The notes under the pieces are model-generated. The model worked only from the letters and a program-made list of their open reading frames with translations. It did not search any database and was not told the DNA's origin. Source: Hypanus sabinus (lineage: Eukaryota). From it: a stretch of 64,000 nucleotides of DNA. Made by a program: the position numbers and the translations under genes. The stretch covers positions 56,978,001 through 57,042,000 of the forward strand of contig NC_082713.1 in the NCBI RefSeq assembly GCF_030144855.1, written 5' to 3'. How positions within the stretch are numbered: position 1 is the stretch's first letter; each line of letters starts with the position of its first letter. Positions 10,700 through 21,829 of this stretch are shown here, piece after piece.

Positions 10700-11041
10700 T
10701 TCACCACGTACAGATACGACGCCAGAAGTCCTACAACTTCACCGCTCTCAAACCACTCTCGCAGCTCATGCTGGGAAAACTACAATCATGGCCCCCGGTC
10801 CTTCATCTAATGGCTGCAACTTCATGACGACTACAACTGCTTTTTCGATGGCGTGAAATATTTTTAAGAACCGTCCCATTTTACAAATGTCACACAATGC
10901 GAAAATGACCCCATTAATCTTTATATATGATTATTATCTCAGGCATTTCTTTATTTAGCAGTTGATATTTTGCGGGCATGAGTCCGGACACTTAGTGTGC
11001 GGGTCTTTCTATATCCAGGTCGGAAGACTGCTCTGTGGATC
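10700..11041. promoter_or_regulatory. PIN4 promoter region with ZNF143/THAP11-type motifs (possibly bidirectional)
   Basis: CpG-enriched; CATGCTGGGAA at 10767-10777 followed by ACTACAA, second GACTACAA near 10829; directly upstream of PIN4 exon 1. Confidence 0.55.
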
Positions 11042-11087
11042 ATGCCTCCAAAAGGGAAATCGAAGGCAGCTCCTAAGGGTGGGAAAG
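11042..11087 (+). CDS. PIN4: Parvulin-14 peptidyl-prolyl cis-trans isomerase, coding exon 1
   Basis: MPPKGKSKAAPKGGK(G); GT donor at 11088; phase 1 matches exon 2. Confidence 0.93.
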
Positions 11088-11736
11088 GTGTGTTTCTTTC
11101 AAAATGGTTGATATTTAAACCTGTCTTTTGCAAACATACAACGATTACTGTATTTCGTGTCTACTCACTTTGGTATATATATAAAAAATACTTTCACAAT
11201 CCGTTATAAGATATAGAAATCGATGTTGATCAGTAATGGGCAGCCAGAAATGAAGAAGTGTTTATTTCTAAGGAAGTCTTTTTTTTCTCGGTTGAGGATG
11301 GAACTCAGATTGTGCTAAAATGAATGCCAAGTGACATTAATGCTATTCATTGGCAGTAACATGTATGCCCATTGAGTGTACGTTGTGTGTTGCAGTCTAC
11401 ATAATCGACAAATTTTGTTTTATCCATACATAGAACGCAAATAATTATTCTAAAATCATGCTAAAATTCTGTATCTTATTTTGTAGGAACAATATGTGCA
11501 TAACATTTTCAACGATATATGTAATAAGATGATTTATGTGTTAGAGAATCATTCATTGTTAACCAACGTTTCTTTTGATGGTGTAGGAAGTACAATAATC
11601 TTCAGGATCCTGGAATAGCTTTGGGAAAAACTGGTCATTTGCACACATTTCATTTCCTGCTTCCTGAAAGTGCAAATGGATATTATGTGAAAGTAATTGA
11701 TTTAAGTATGAACTTTGCTGGAATGACTTGGTCATT

Positions 11737-11910
11737 CAACACACACAAAATGCTGGTGGAACGCAGCAGGTCAGGCAGCATCCTGACGAAGGGTCTCGGC
11801 CCAAAACGTCGACAGTGCTTCTCCCTATAGATACTGCCTGGCCTGCTGCATTCCACCAGCATTTTGTGTGTGTTGCTTGAATTTCCAACATCTGCAGATT
11901 TCCTCGTGTT
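11737..11910 (+). mobile_element. Short fold-back Penelope-like insertion with hammerhead motif, 12-bp TSD
   Basis: About 46-bp inverted arms flanking CTGACGAAGGGTCTCGGCCCAAAACGTCGAC; GACTTGGTCATT (11725-11736) versus GACGTGGTCATT (11911-11922). Confidence 0.85.
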
Positions 11911-12129
11911 GACGTGGTCATTGTTGGGCCTACATTTGAAGAATACAGATGCTCACTTCAAACATCTCTTCCACAACATACATAAAAATATACCCCAAAG
12001 ATTACGCTGTTCAAAATAAATTTATTATCAAAGTACATAAATGTCACTATATACTACCTTCAGAATCATTTACTTGCCAATATTTAAAGGAAAAGAGAAA
12101 TGTAATTAAATTTTCCAAAGATTTCCTCA

Positions 12130-13095
12130 TGTTTGATATATAAACTGACACCACTGTCATTGGCCAAATCAGAGGTGGTGATGAATTTGGGAGATTGAAA
12201 ATCTGGTGGCGTGGTGCCACAACAATATCCTCTCACTCAACGACAGCAAGACCAAAGATCTGATTATTGACTTCAGGAAGAGGAAACTGGAGGAATTCCT
12301 TGTCGGGGGATCAGAAGTGAAAAGGGTCAGCAATTTTTAAATTCCTCAGCATTATTATCTCAGAGGATCTGGCCTGGGTCCAGCTTAAGTGAATTACAAA
12401 GAAAGCATGGCATTACCTCAACTTCCTTAGAAGTTTGTGAAGATTCGACATGGCATCTAAAACTTTGACAAACCTCTATATATGTGTGTTGGAGAGTATT
12501 TTGGTATCATCATAACCTGGTATGGAAACACCAATACCCTTGAATGGAAAAAAACAACAAAAAGTTGTGGATACAGCCCAGTCCATCATGGGTAAAGCCC
12601 TCCCCACCACTGAGCACATTCACAGTGCTATTGCAGAAAAGTAGCATCCATCATCAAGGACACCACCACACAGGCCATACTCTTCCTGTTGCCATCAGGA
12701 TGAAGGTACAGAAGCCTCAGGACCCACACCACCAGATTCAGGAACATTTATAACCCCTCAGCCATCTGACTCTTGAACCAGTGTGGATAACTTCATTTAA
12801 CTTCACCATCCCATCACTGAACTATTCCCACAACTTATGGACTCATTTTCAAGAACTCTACACGTTCTTGGTATTTTTATATTTATTTTTACTTATTTAT
12901 TATTGTTATTAGTTTTGTATTTGCAGAGTTTGTTATATTTTTCACTTTGGTTGCTTTGTTCATCCTGTTTGGTGTGGTCTTTCTTTAATTCTATTATGTT
13001 TCTTGGATTTACTAAGTATGCCTGCAGGAAAACAAATCTCAGGGTTGTATAAGGTGACATATGTACTTTGGTAATAAATTTACTATGAACTTTTT
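12130..13095 (+). mobile_element. Rex1/Babar LINE 3' fragment
   Basis: Decayed ADDTTV...LSLNxSKTKELIIDFR...ESIL...TWYGN coding remnants, then a T-rich 3' UTR ending AATAAATTTACTATGAACTTT. Confidence 0.8.
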
Positions 13096-13204
13096 GAAAG
13101 ACTTGACAAACAAGCAATGTTCAAAAGAAAACAAATTGCGCATATAAAATTGAAACTGAGAACTTGAGTTGTAAAGTGTCCTTGAAAGTGAATCTGTAGG
13201 TTGT

Positions 13205-13760
13205 AGAATCAGAATCAGGCTATTATCACCAGCATGGGTTGTGAAATTTCTTAATTTAGCAGCAGTAGTTCAATGCAATACATAATACAGAAGAAGAATA
13301 AATAAATAAATAAATTACAGTGTATGTATAATATTTTTAAATATGCAAAAACAAATAATATATATTAAAAAAGTGAGGTAGTATTCATGGGTTCAATATC
13401 CATTTAGGAATCGGAATGCAGAAGGACGGTTTTCTGGTATCAACCTGGGTCATCAGCCTTGATTGCCACAGATTTAGCCTTCACCAGACGATGGACCTCT
13501 GGGTTCATCCATGGCCTTTGGTTTGGGAATGTACAGCAAGTCTTTGTAGGCACACAGTCATCGACACAGGTTTTAATGAAGTCAGTAACAACTGCAACAT
13601 ACTCATCCAGATTCGAAGATGAATCAGTTTAGAGCGCTGGGTAATTAAGTTATCCATAGTGGTTCAAGAGCCTGATGTTTGAAGGATAATAACTGTTCGT
13701 AAACGTGGTGGTGTGGGACCCAAGGATTCTGTACCTCCGGCCTGATACGATCAATCATGT
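13205..13760 (-). mobile_element. Rex1/Babar LINE fragments
   Basis: AGAATCAGAATCAGG tail, 3' UTR similar to other copies, and decayed coding remnant (GGTTTCTGGT...ATCCATGGC). Confidence 0.6.
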
Positions 13761-14061
13761 ATGTAAGCTCTGTATGATTTTTAAACCTCGTATGCAGATT
13801 CTTTGAATGTGAGGGGCTTCAGTCACCAGTTTTTGCCCATGGGTATAAGTAGAGGGCAATGTTTTTAAGTAGGTTTGAGAAATAACATGCAAATAGAAAT
13901 ATCTTTTTTAACTCACATCAAGGTAATATACAGAAAAAATCAAAATTGAATGCACTTAATTCAGTCAGAACTACATATTATGTTTTAACAGAAAAGAAAT
14001 GAAACCAATTGTTTTGCACGATACGCAAGTTGGAGTTAAAAATCCGAAGTCACAAAAGATT

Positions 14062-14371
14062 GTGGTGGTGGCATCCATCGGTCTCGAGAGACAATGGATC
14101 TGCGCCTGGAGTTTCCAGGGCGCAGGCCTGGGCAGGGTTGTATGGGAGACCGGCAGTTGCCCAAGCTGCAGGCCTTCCCCTCTCCACACCACTGATGTTG
14201 TCCAAGGGATGGGCATTAGGACCCATGCATCTTGGCACCGGTGACATCGCAGAGCATGTGTTGTTAAGTGCCTTGCTCAAGGACACAAACGCGCTGCCTC
14301 AGCTGAGGCTCGAACCAGTGACCTTCAGTTTACTAGTGTGATGCCTTGCCCACTAGGCCACGCACCAACAC
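14062..14371 (-). mobile_element. Full-length tRNA-derived SINE with CORE-like domain and RTE-like tail
   Basis: Minus strand: A box TGGCCTAGTGG, B box GGTTCGAGCC, CORE-like GTGTCCTTGAGCAAGGCACTTAAC, (CAC)n tail; flanking duplication (CAC)AAAAGATT at 14051-14061 and 14369-14379. Confidence 0.85.
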
Positions 14372-14629
14372 AAAAGATTACAAAGATTGTAATGAAACAA
14401 TACAGTGGTTTATTCCCTTTAAGAGACATTAATACATTAACACCTAACATTGTTATTTCTCAATCACCACTGCTTTGTTAGATTCACATTAACAATGGCA
14501 TTTGTGCTTAGATCCTGCAACAGTAAAGGGATCTGTCCACGTCAGCCATGAGGAATTTGGGGTTTTAAGTTCAGGATTTTAATGGTTCATGAATCCCTTT
14601 GAGCTACGAAGCAGCGTAATCACTAAATG

Positions 14630-15215
14630 GGGGGAAATGCAGGATACAGCAGGTCAGGCAGCATGTGTGGAAAAGGGTGCAAAGTTAACCTTTTGCAGAA
14701 TTAGGAAAGAGAGAAAGTTAGTCTCACAATGCAGCAGGGCGGCCAATTCTGATACAGAGAAGCAATTAACCTGAATTTGTGAGTTCACTATTGAGCCTTG
14801 AGGGCTGCAGCACACTAGATGTGTCGTTGTTCCTCAAGCTTATATCGGGCCTCATTGTAAAAATCCAGGAGGCTACAGACAGAGTCAGCCAGAGAATTAA
14901 AGTGACAGGCAAGCTGAAGTTCAGGTTTGCTACTGCAGACTGAACGAACATCGATAAGGCTTCATTGTGAGTGTGGAATGTGGTGGGCCTGATTGGAAAA
15001 AGTGTAGCTGCTTCTTGTTAGCGTCCCTGGATGATGGTAAGGGGAGAGGGAAAGTGGCGTGTGGTTCACCTACTGCATTTTCACGGAAAAGAACCCTAAA
15101 AAGGAGAGTGGCTGGTCAAGATGAAAAATTGAATGACAGAGTCCAGGAGGGAATGATCCTCTGAGAATGCTGACAGGTTGGGGGGGGGGGGGGTTGGGGG
15201 GAGGTTGGAAATCAG
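14630..15215 (-). mobile_element. Old Penelope-like fragment
   Basis: CAGCAGGTCAGGCAGCATGTGTGG tail and ATTGAGCCTTGAGGGCTGCAG...TGTTCCTC remnant resembling the reverse-complemented GIY-YIG C-terminus. Confidence 0.55.
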
Positions 15216-15924
15216 ACTGGTGGTTAAATGTTACAATTAGGCCAATAATAATTCAGCAGACCTCATCAGCTGTGATCAGGCTGTTTGATCCAGGGCTGTG
15301 ATCATGCCCTGTATATTGTTTGGCAGACACTTGGATGCAGTAATATTCGGTGGAGAACCAATAGGGTAAAATATAAAGTATAATGTCAAGATCCCAGCGG
15401 TAACTCTTTAAATCAGATAGAATTCATAACTTTCAATATCAATGTACTCCTCATTTCGTTATGATTAAATTATAAAGGTGGTAGTTTATGGGTGTTTGAT
15501 CCATTTGCTGTTGTTAAGAGATTTTAATAAGCTCATTTTGTGTGGGAAGTACAAAGTCTAAATGGGAATCCTGGTTCTATTTTATAATGGGTGAAAGTAA
15601 CTGATGCAATTCATCCAGTTTTTTGTTGGCTGCAGTCCTAAAAAATTCCCAGCTGTCTTCCTGCAAGTATCTCCGAATGAAAGCTTACTTACTGTTTAGA
15701 ATCTTTTCCCTCAGAGTAATCAAGTTTTCAATTAGCTTTATATCCATATGCAAAAACAGGAGAGGTACTATGGTATGGAAACTGGTTAACAAATTATTTA
15801 TTTATTCTTTGAGCAGATAGCTTATTACGGGTAAAAAGTGATGTGTCTTCATAATTCAATTACGCTGCTACTCAATGATTCCCTGTAATTCGGAATTATT
15901 AATACCTTAAAGACAAAGAAATTG

Positions 15925-16070
15925 GTCATTGTAAATTAACTAGAAAGGTTAATTGGTCATTGTAAATTGTCCCATGATTAGGCTAGAATTAAATCAGGGC
16001 ATTACTGGGTGGCACAGCTCAAAGGACCAGAAGGGCCTATTCCACAATGTATTTCAATAAATAAATACAT
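15925..16070 (+). mobile_element. HE1/V-SINE-like 3' fragment
   Basis: TTAATTGGTCATTGTAAATTGTCCC...GAAGGGCCTATTCC...AATAAATAAATA, immediately before the PIN4 exon 2 acceptor. Confidence 0.6.
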
Positions 16071-16090
16071 TCTATTTTTATGTCCTTAAG

Positions 16091-16155
16091 GTGCAGCTGG
16101 CGGTGATAATGCCGATAAGAAAGATAAAGGACCCAAAGGGGGTAATGCAGTTAAG
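16091..16155 (+). CDS. PIN4: PIN4 coding exon 2
   Basis: AG|GTGCAGCT...GTTAAG|GTAAAT; (G)AAGGDNADKKDKGPKGGNAVK. Confidence 0.93.
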
Positions 16156-16499
16156 GTAAATAATCAAATCCTATTGTATGCCTTTTGTTTGGGACCTGTG
16201 CTCTTAACTGATTTCATTCCTCCCCCATCTTCTCCGAAGTTAAAATAAACACTTGTTTCTAATCTGTCCCAGTTTAGGTGAGGGTCATTGACCTTAGCGG
16301 TATTTCTTCTATTTCCTTCTCCATTGATGCTGTTTGATCTGCTGAATATTTCCAGCATGTCCTGCCTAAATTCTGTCAGCATGTTGATTTTGCACTTGGG
16401 GTGAGAACATGATTAGACCTGGTAAACCATAAATACCAACATCCCTGGTGCAGACAAAGCTGCTCCCTGCCCTCACCTTGGGTTCTCCATTTTGCTAAT

Positions 16500-17840
16500 T
16501 CCTCTGCATACTGTCCACTGATTATACAAGTTAAATCAATTCAAAGGGAGATAAAGTCCTGGCCGGAAGGAGCAAGCTCAGCATTGTTTTGAAAACACAG
16601 ACTGGAACGTGTTCAGGGAAGCACTTACCTATAACATCGATGAATGTTCGAGAGCTGTGACTGGCTACATTGAGAAGTGTGTCAGTGTTATTAAATGCAT
16701 CTGTGTGAGGAAAAATCAGAAACAAGGGCTGAGAGCTGAGGACCCGGCATGGCTAGGGGATGTGGATTCTGCCTTCTAATTGGGCATTAAAACAGCAAGA
16801 GGTGCACTTTCCCACAACATCAGGAAGGCAAAAGGAATTATTCAAAGCGAAATATACAACCATTTCTATGACACCAGACGGCAGGGCATTCAGACCATAA
16901 GGCCACCCTGTGTGTCATCGACAGTGGTATTTCTCTTCCTGATAAGCTGAATGCCTTTTACTCTCAGTCTGATGCATGGAATAATGTACCCGTGAGGAAG
17001 CCCCCCCCCGCCCACCAAAGGAGCAGGCACTTTTGTCTGCCCACATCTGCTGTATGTAAGACCCTAGCCAGGGTCAACCCATGTAAAGCTGCGGGACCTG
17101 ATAACATACTTGGTCAGGTACTGAGGGACAGTGCAACCCAGTTAACAGAGGTTCGAACAGTCATCTTCAACATCTTTCTGGAAGAGTCTGCTGTTCCCTC
17201 ACGCTTCAAGGCAGAATCATCATTGTGGTGCCCAAGACTACCATCCAGAGGCACTGATCTCAATGATAATGAAGTACTTTAAGAGGCTGGTTATTAGTCA
17301 CATTAAATCCTATCTTCCTGCTACATTGGACCCTTTCCAGTTCACTCATCACTCAAATTGGCCCACTGATGATGCCAAAGCTTCTGTACTCCTCTCTGTC
17401 CTGTCCCACCTGGAAATTGGTGCTTCATGTGCCAGGATGTTGCTTATCGGCTTCACCTTCATGCTTCATACGATCATCCTTCAGAAGCTGATGAGTAAAC
17501 TGTCCTCGTTGGGTCTCAACATGTCTCTCTGTAACTTCTTGACAGAAAGGCCGCAATCAGTCCATGTTGGCAGAAACATTTTGAACTCCATGATACTGAG
17601 CACGGTGATCCCCAGGGCTGCGTGCTCACGTTGCTGACACGTGACTGCATTGCTAGATCCACTTCTGCACATACACTGTTCTCTGTGGAAAGAGTTACAA
17701 ACACTGTTTCTGGGAGTGTACGTCGCAGGTGATCTCACCTGGTCCCTCAACACCACCTCTTTAGTTAAGAAAGCATGGTAGTAGCTCCACTTCCTGAGGA
17801 GGTTGAGGTGAGTGAGGGTCCCTTTCTACCCTCCTCCCCC
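16500..17840 (+). mobile_element. Rex1/Babar LINE fragment (RT region)
   Basis: RVNPCKAAGPDNILGQVL, MKYFKRLVISHIKSYLPATLDPFQF, NFLTERPQSV. Confidence 0.85.
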
Positions 17841-18950
17841 ATTTTGGAGTAAATTTGCGGTATTGGTGTTTTTATCAATGTTACAAAGGGCATCTTCATT
17901 GACTTTGAGGGGTATTTTGAATCTTGAATGCACTGTCCTACCACCAGGCATCAATGTTGCTGCAGTACCTGATGATGCTGCAGCAATAGCAACCCCTCCA
18001 TCTCCCCTAACTTTAGCGAGGATCAAGTTGATGATAAATGTCCTGCCCGTTCCTCTTGGTGCATCAGTGAAAACCATTGAAGAGAGATTCCTTTCCAAGC
18101 AATTGCACACATATTCATATACTTCTCTTTGCTCATTATTCAATAGGGGCTCCTTCTGTGAAACAAATTCCTGCTGTTCATCTCTGCTGTATTGCAGTTC
18201 ACACAATAATTCCAGATTGCCAGCACTTTGAGTAATTGTACTGTTTTTTGGTGTTGGCAAGTTATATTCTTCAAGTATTTTGCCCAAGTTCTCTTGGAAA
18301 TACAGAAGAAATACAGAAGAGCTTGTCTATGATGCCTCTCATCGATCATGATATTAGGATCATTGATAGTTCTCCTCTCCATTTGTAAGAAATCCTCAGA
18401 CATTGCATTCTTGAACTGGTTCCATAATTGCTGTGGATTGTTGACTTCAGTGTTTGTTAGCAAGACAACAAACAAATCTTTCATTGCTCTGGGCATTCTT
18501 GTTATCTCCGCTTCTTCCATAGTTTGCTGCCAAGGATCGTCAGCTTGCAACAATCCTCACTCTCTACAGACATCTTTCAATGATGTAAGGATATCTCCAT
18601 TATGTGTTTTCAATGATTTGAAAGATACCGGTCCCTTTATGTGATGAAGAATAAGTCTCAAATAGTAGAGGTCACCACTTCATGGAGAAACGGTATACAC
18701 TTGACCCAGAACGTTTGCTTCAAAAATCCTCGAGTAATCCTCCACTCTTTTCCTCATTCTCCTTCTTTCCCATCTCTTATTAGTCCAACTGTAGAATCTG
18801 GGAATATCTGCACAGTACAGGGTTCTTGCAAGTAGATCGCGAGTACAAAGATCCATGAATTCTGTTAAAGTGGTTCTTGAAATATCATTATTCAGTTGCA
18901 CAGCAGCATTATCTCGAAAGAATACTTGGACCCGATATATCTGCCTGTCA
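17841..18950 (-). mobile_element. Helitron RepHel fragment (region upstream of and including the PIF1-like helicase start), disrupted
   Basis: TTLTEF...YADIP-like, YTVSP, KGPVSF, LLQADDPW..MEEA, LNNEQREVY, DAPRGTGRTF (decayed Walker A), ASSGTAATLMPGGRTVHSRFKIP. Confidence 0.9.
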
Positions 18951-20359
18951 AATACTGTGTAATTTCGTCTTCTCTATTCACTCCAAAAATTGCCTGATCA
19001 CTCAAAGATGGGATCGGGTCTGTGAGCATCGTGAGGCGCTGCTGAGGCTGGCCATGCTCATGCATCTTGGTGTCGCGACCCGATTTCCATGATGGCTGAC
19101 ATCGGATGTCAAGTCAAAACAGGGCAGTTGATTTTGGCAAATGAACAATTTTATACAAATATATAACCCTGAATTTTGCCTGCATTCTGTAAGTTAGTGC
19201 ATTTTAAGTCGATTTAGCCACTTTCCAGATGTGAGTAGTGAGATTACTAATTCTGTGGTAACTGAACCACTTCACCATTGATCTTTCCAGCTTCAGCTGG
19301 GATACTGCCTTCTCATTTAGCCTTGTCTAATCTGAGTTAAAACAAGACCTATTCAGCTGCATTGGTCACAGGGTAGTAAGGCTGGATCAGAACAACTGCC
19401 CTATAAATTCCTCCAAGCTCAGTGGAAGGGTAACTGAACCAGTGTCAGGGTCATCTCCTGGTACCATAATCCCAACTTCTATTTACATTCAGTAGGGTAG
19501 ACCATGTGGCTTGTATATCGAACACCAGACTCCCAAAACAGACTGTTCTCTGTTTTGAGTTCTGCCATGGGAGGAGATTACTGGCCAGACAAACAAGAAG
19601 CCCTCAAAGCTTCGTTGAAGTATAGCTACTTCAGTGATTCCTGAGAATTGTTGGTCCATAACTGCCTAAAGTAAAGAAAAGACGTTCAAGATGGCGTTTA
19701 AAACCTTGAATCGATAATTCAGCCTATGCAATAGAGCCAGCTGAAAGCAACAATGGCATCAATGCTAGGCATATTAATAATATTAAAGTTGCATGGGGAG
19801 CACATAGAAGTCCTGCTTATGCGGCAGGAGTTAATCATTTCAGAAATTACCCAACTATTCTGTCCTATCAAGCACCTCTTGTCCCATATGTATATAGAAC
19901 TTCAACAGGCTCCCCGAACCCAAAAGTCAGAATGAAAGTGATTCATAGTGTTGTACAGAGAAGCAGCTTGGAAACAGAATCTTTAGTCTACAAGTCTGCA
20001 CCAACTACCATGCTTCTATTTTTACACTAATCCAATTTTATTCACTCTGTGTTCCCACATACTCAATCATTTCAATTGCCCAAGAAACAGGATCAATCAT
20101 ATACAGGAATTCTGGTTGATTTTTTTTGTTAACTTTTTAATCTGCAATTCCAGGAGAATTAATCTGGTTTCTATATAAAATAATGTTTAAGGAAATCTGA
20201 GCTCAGTGCTCACTCGTCCTGTTCTGTAGGACTTGGTGCTGAATTTGATGGTATATTTACCTACAATTCCATCAGGAAAGTTTGCGGTTCAATTTTTTTT
20301 TTGTTCAACTTTGATTTTGATTGTCTAGTGGAAGCATTACAGTATTTATGTTGTTGCAG

Positions 20360-20479
20360 GTAAGACACATCCTCTGTGAAAAGCACAGTAAAATCATGGA
20401 AGCCATGGAGAAGTTGAAGTCGGGCATGAAATTCAATGAAGTAGCTAGTCAATACAGTGAAGACAAAGCCAGGCAAGGA
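20360..20479 (+). CDS. PIN4: PIN4 coding exon 3
   Basis: TTGCAG|GTAAGA...CAAGGA|GTAAGT; [40 protein letters not shown]. Confidence 0.97.
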
Positions 20480-20790
20480 GTAAGTACAAAACAAAAAATA
20501 TATGAACATCAGATTCCTTATGGTAGTATGCTGGTAAATTGTAAAGATTTCTGAACTGCCTTGATATGAAATGTATATGGCTGCAATGCTAGTCAAGAGA
20601 CAAGTTTGTGTTTGCTGACATTTCAGTGAACCTGCATAACTTTATTATGATGTGTGTTTAAGTTCACAATTAGCAGCCTAGTTATTTGGGCATATTCACT
20701 GCATCAAGACCTGAACATGCTCATTAAGTGTTTTCTTTCAATGTGTTTCAAATAAATGGCATGTGTGTAAATAATTGTTTCTATTTTTAG

Positions 20791-20949
20791 GGTGATCTGG
20801 GCTGGATGACCAGAGGTTCAATGGTGGGACCCTTCCAGGAAGCTGCTTTTGCCCTCTCTAACAGCACAACAGATAAACCCATATACACAGACCCACCTAT
20901 AAAAACTAAATTTGGTTACCATATAATCATGGTTGAAGGAAAAAAGTAA
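20791..20949 (+). CDS. PIN4: PIN4 coding exon 4 (to stop)
   Basis: TTTTAG|GGT; [52 protein letters not shown]; total 129 aa. Confidence 0.97.
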   Translation, partial: GDLGWMTRGSMVGPFQEAAFALSNSTTDKPIYTDPPIKTKFGYHIIMVEGKK

Positions 20950-21149
20950 AATAAATTTATTTTCATTTCTCAGAAAAACCTTACCTGTTTAGACACATAT
21001 TAGTTTTATTGGTTGTAAAATTAAATTGAAGAATGACTCCCTTTGTATATCCTTTTCTTCATGCAATAATTACTTTTATGCAACCATTACTTTTTATTAG
21101 AGAAAAGCCAACAGTTCTGTTTTTTAAATATTCTGATTTAATATGTCCA

Positions 21150-21155
21150 AATAAA
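21150..21155 (+). terminator. Probable PIN4 polyadenylation signal
   Basis: AATAAA about 200 nt after the stop in an AT-rich 3' UTR (another AATAAA lies right after the stop). Confidence 0.5.
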
Positions 21156-21584
21156 AAATTAATCATAATGCCTGTATTGTAAATATGGTTTAAAGTTATC
21201 ATATTTGTCAACCTTGATTCAAAATGAATTCTCTCCTTTGGATTAATAATTTACTACATCACTTGAACATTGTGAGAGTCTATTGTCTTATCTGCTATCC
21301 ACTTCTGAATTCCATTCTAATCTTCCCTTCAGCAATTGATTGCTTTCACACCTGTCATATTGGCACCAAAATATCTTAATGCAAACAAGAAAAGAGCATT
21401 ATTAGAAGGATCAAACTCTATATCAGCTATTTGAATCTAGAATCAAGACACATCCATTCTCAGGTGCAGTGGTTAGAACTAAAGACCTGCTGTGTAACTC
21501 TTGCATATGGCTAAAGATTTGCTTCATAAGCAGCATCTGGAGTGACCTAGAATATTGTCAAATGATATCAATCGATAAAGGAGT

Positions 21585-21815
21585 AGCCATCTTGGTCCAT
21601 CAAGCCTGTACCACCATTCAATAAGATCATGGCTGATCTGGCCATGGACAGCTCCATCCAGCTGCCTTTTCCCCCAGAGTCTTTAATTCTACTGCTATGA
21701 AAAAATCTACCTTATTGTCTTAATTATACTTAATGAGGTTGCTTCTACTGCTTCCCTGGGGAGAGAATTCCACAGATTCACTACTCTCTGGAAAAACATC
21801 TTCTCTTCATCTCCT
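21585..21815 (-). mobile_element. CR1 LINE 3' end
   Basis: Reverse complement of the CR1 3' end seen at 37900-38145. Confidence 0.8.
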
Positions 21816-21829
21816 ACCTGTGTGACATT

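Noticed and set aside
10978-11041. N-terminal extension of PIN4 (Par17-like)
   Set aside because: The ORF-track extension starts at GTG; the nearest upstream ATG (10978) is out of frame and stops after five codons.
14290-14371. tRNA gene
   Set aside because: A and B boxes belong to a SINE head continuing into body, tail and TSD; no complete cloverleaf.
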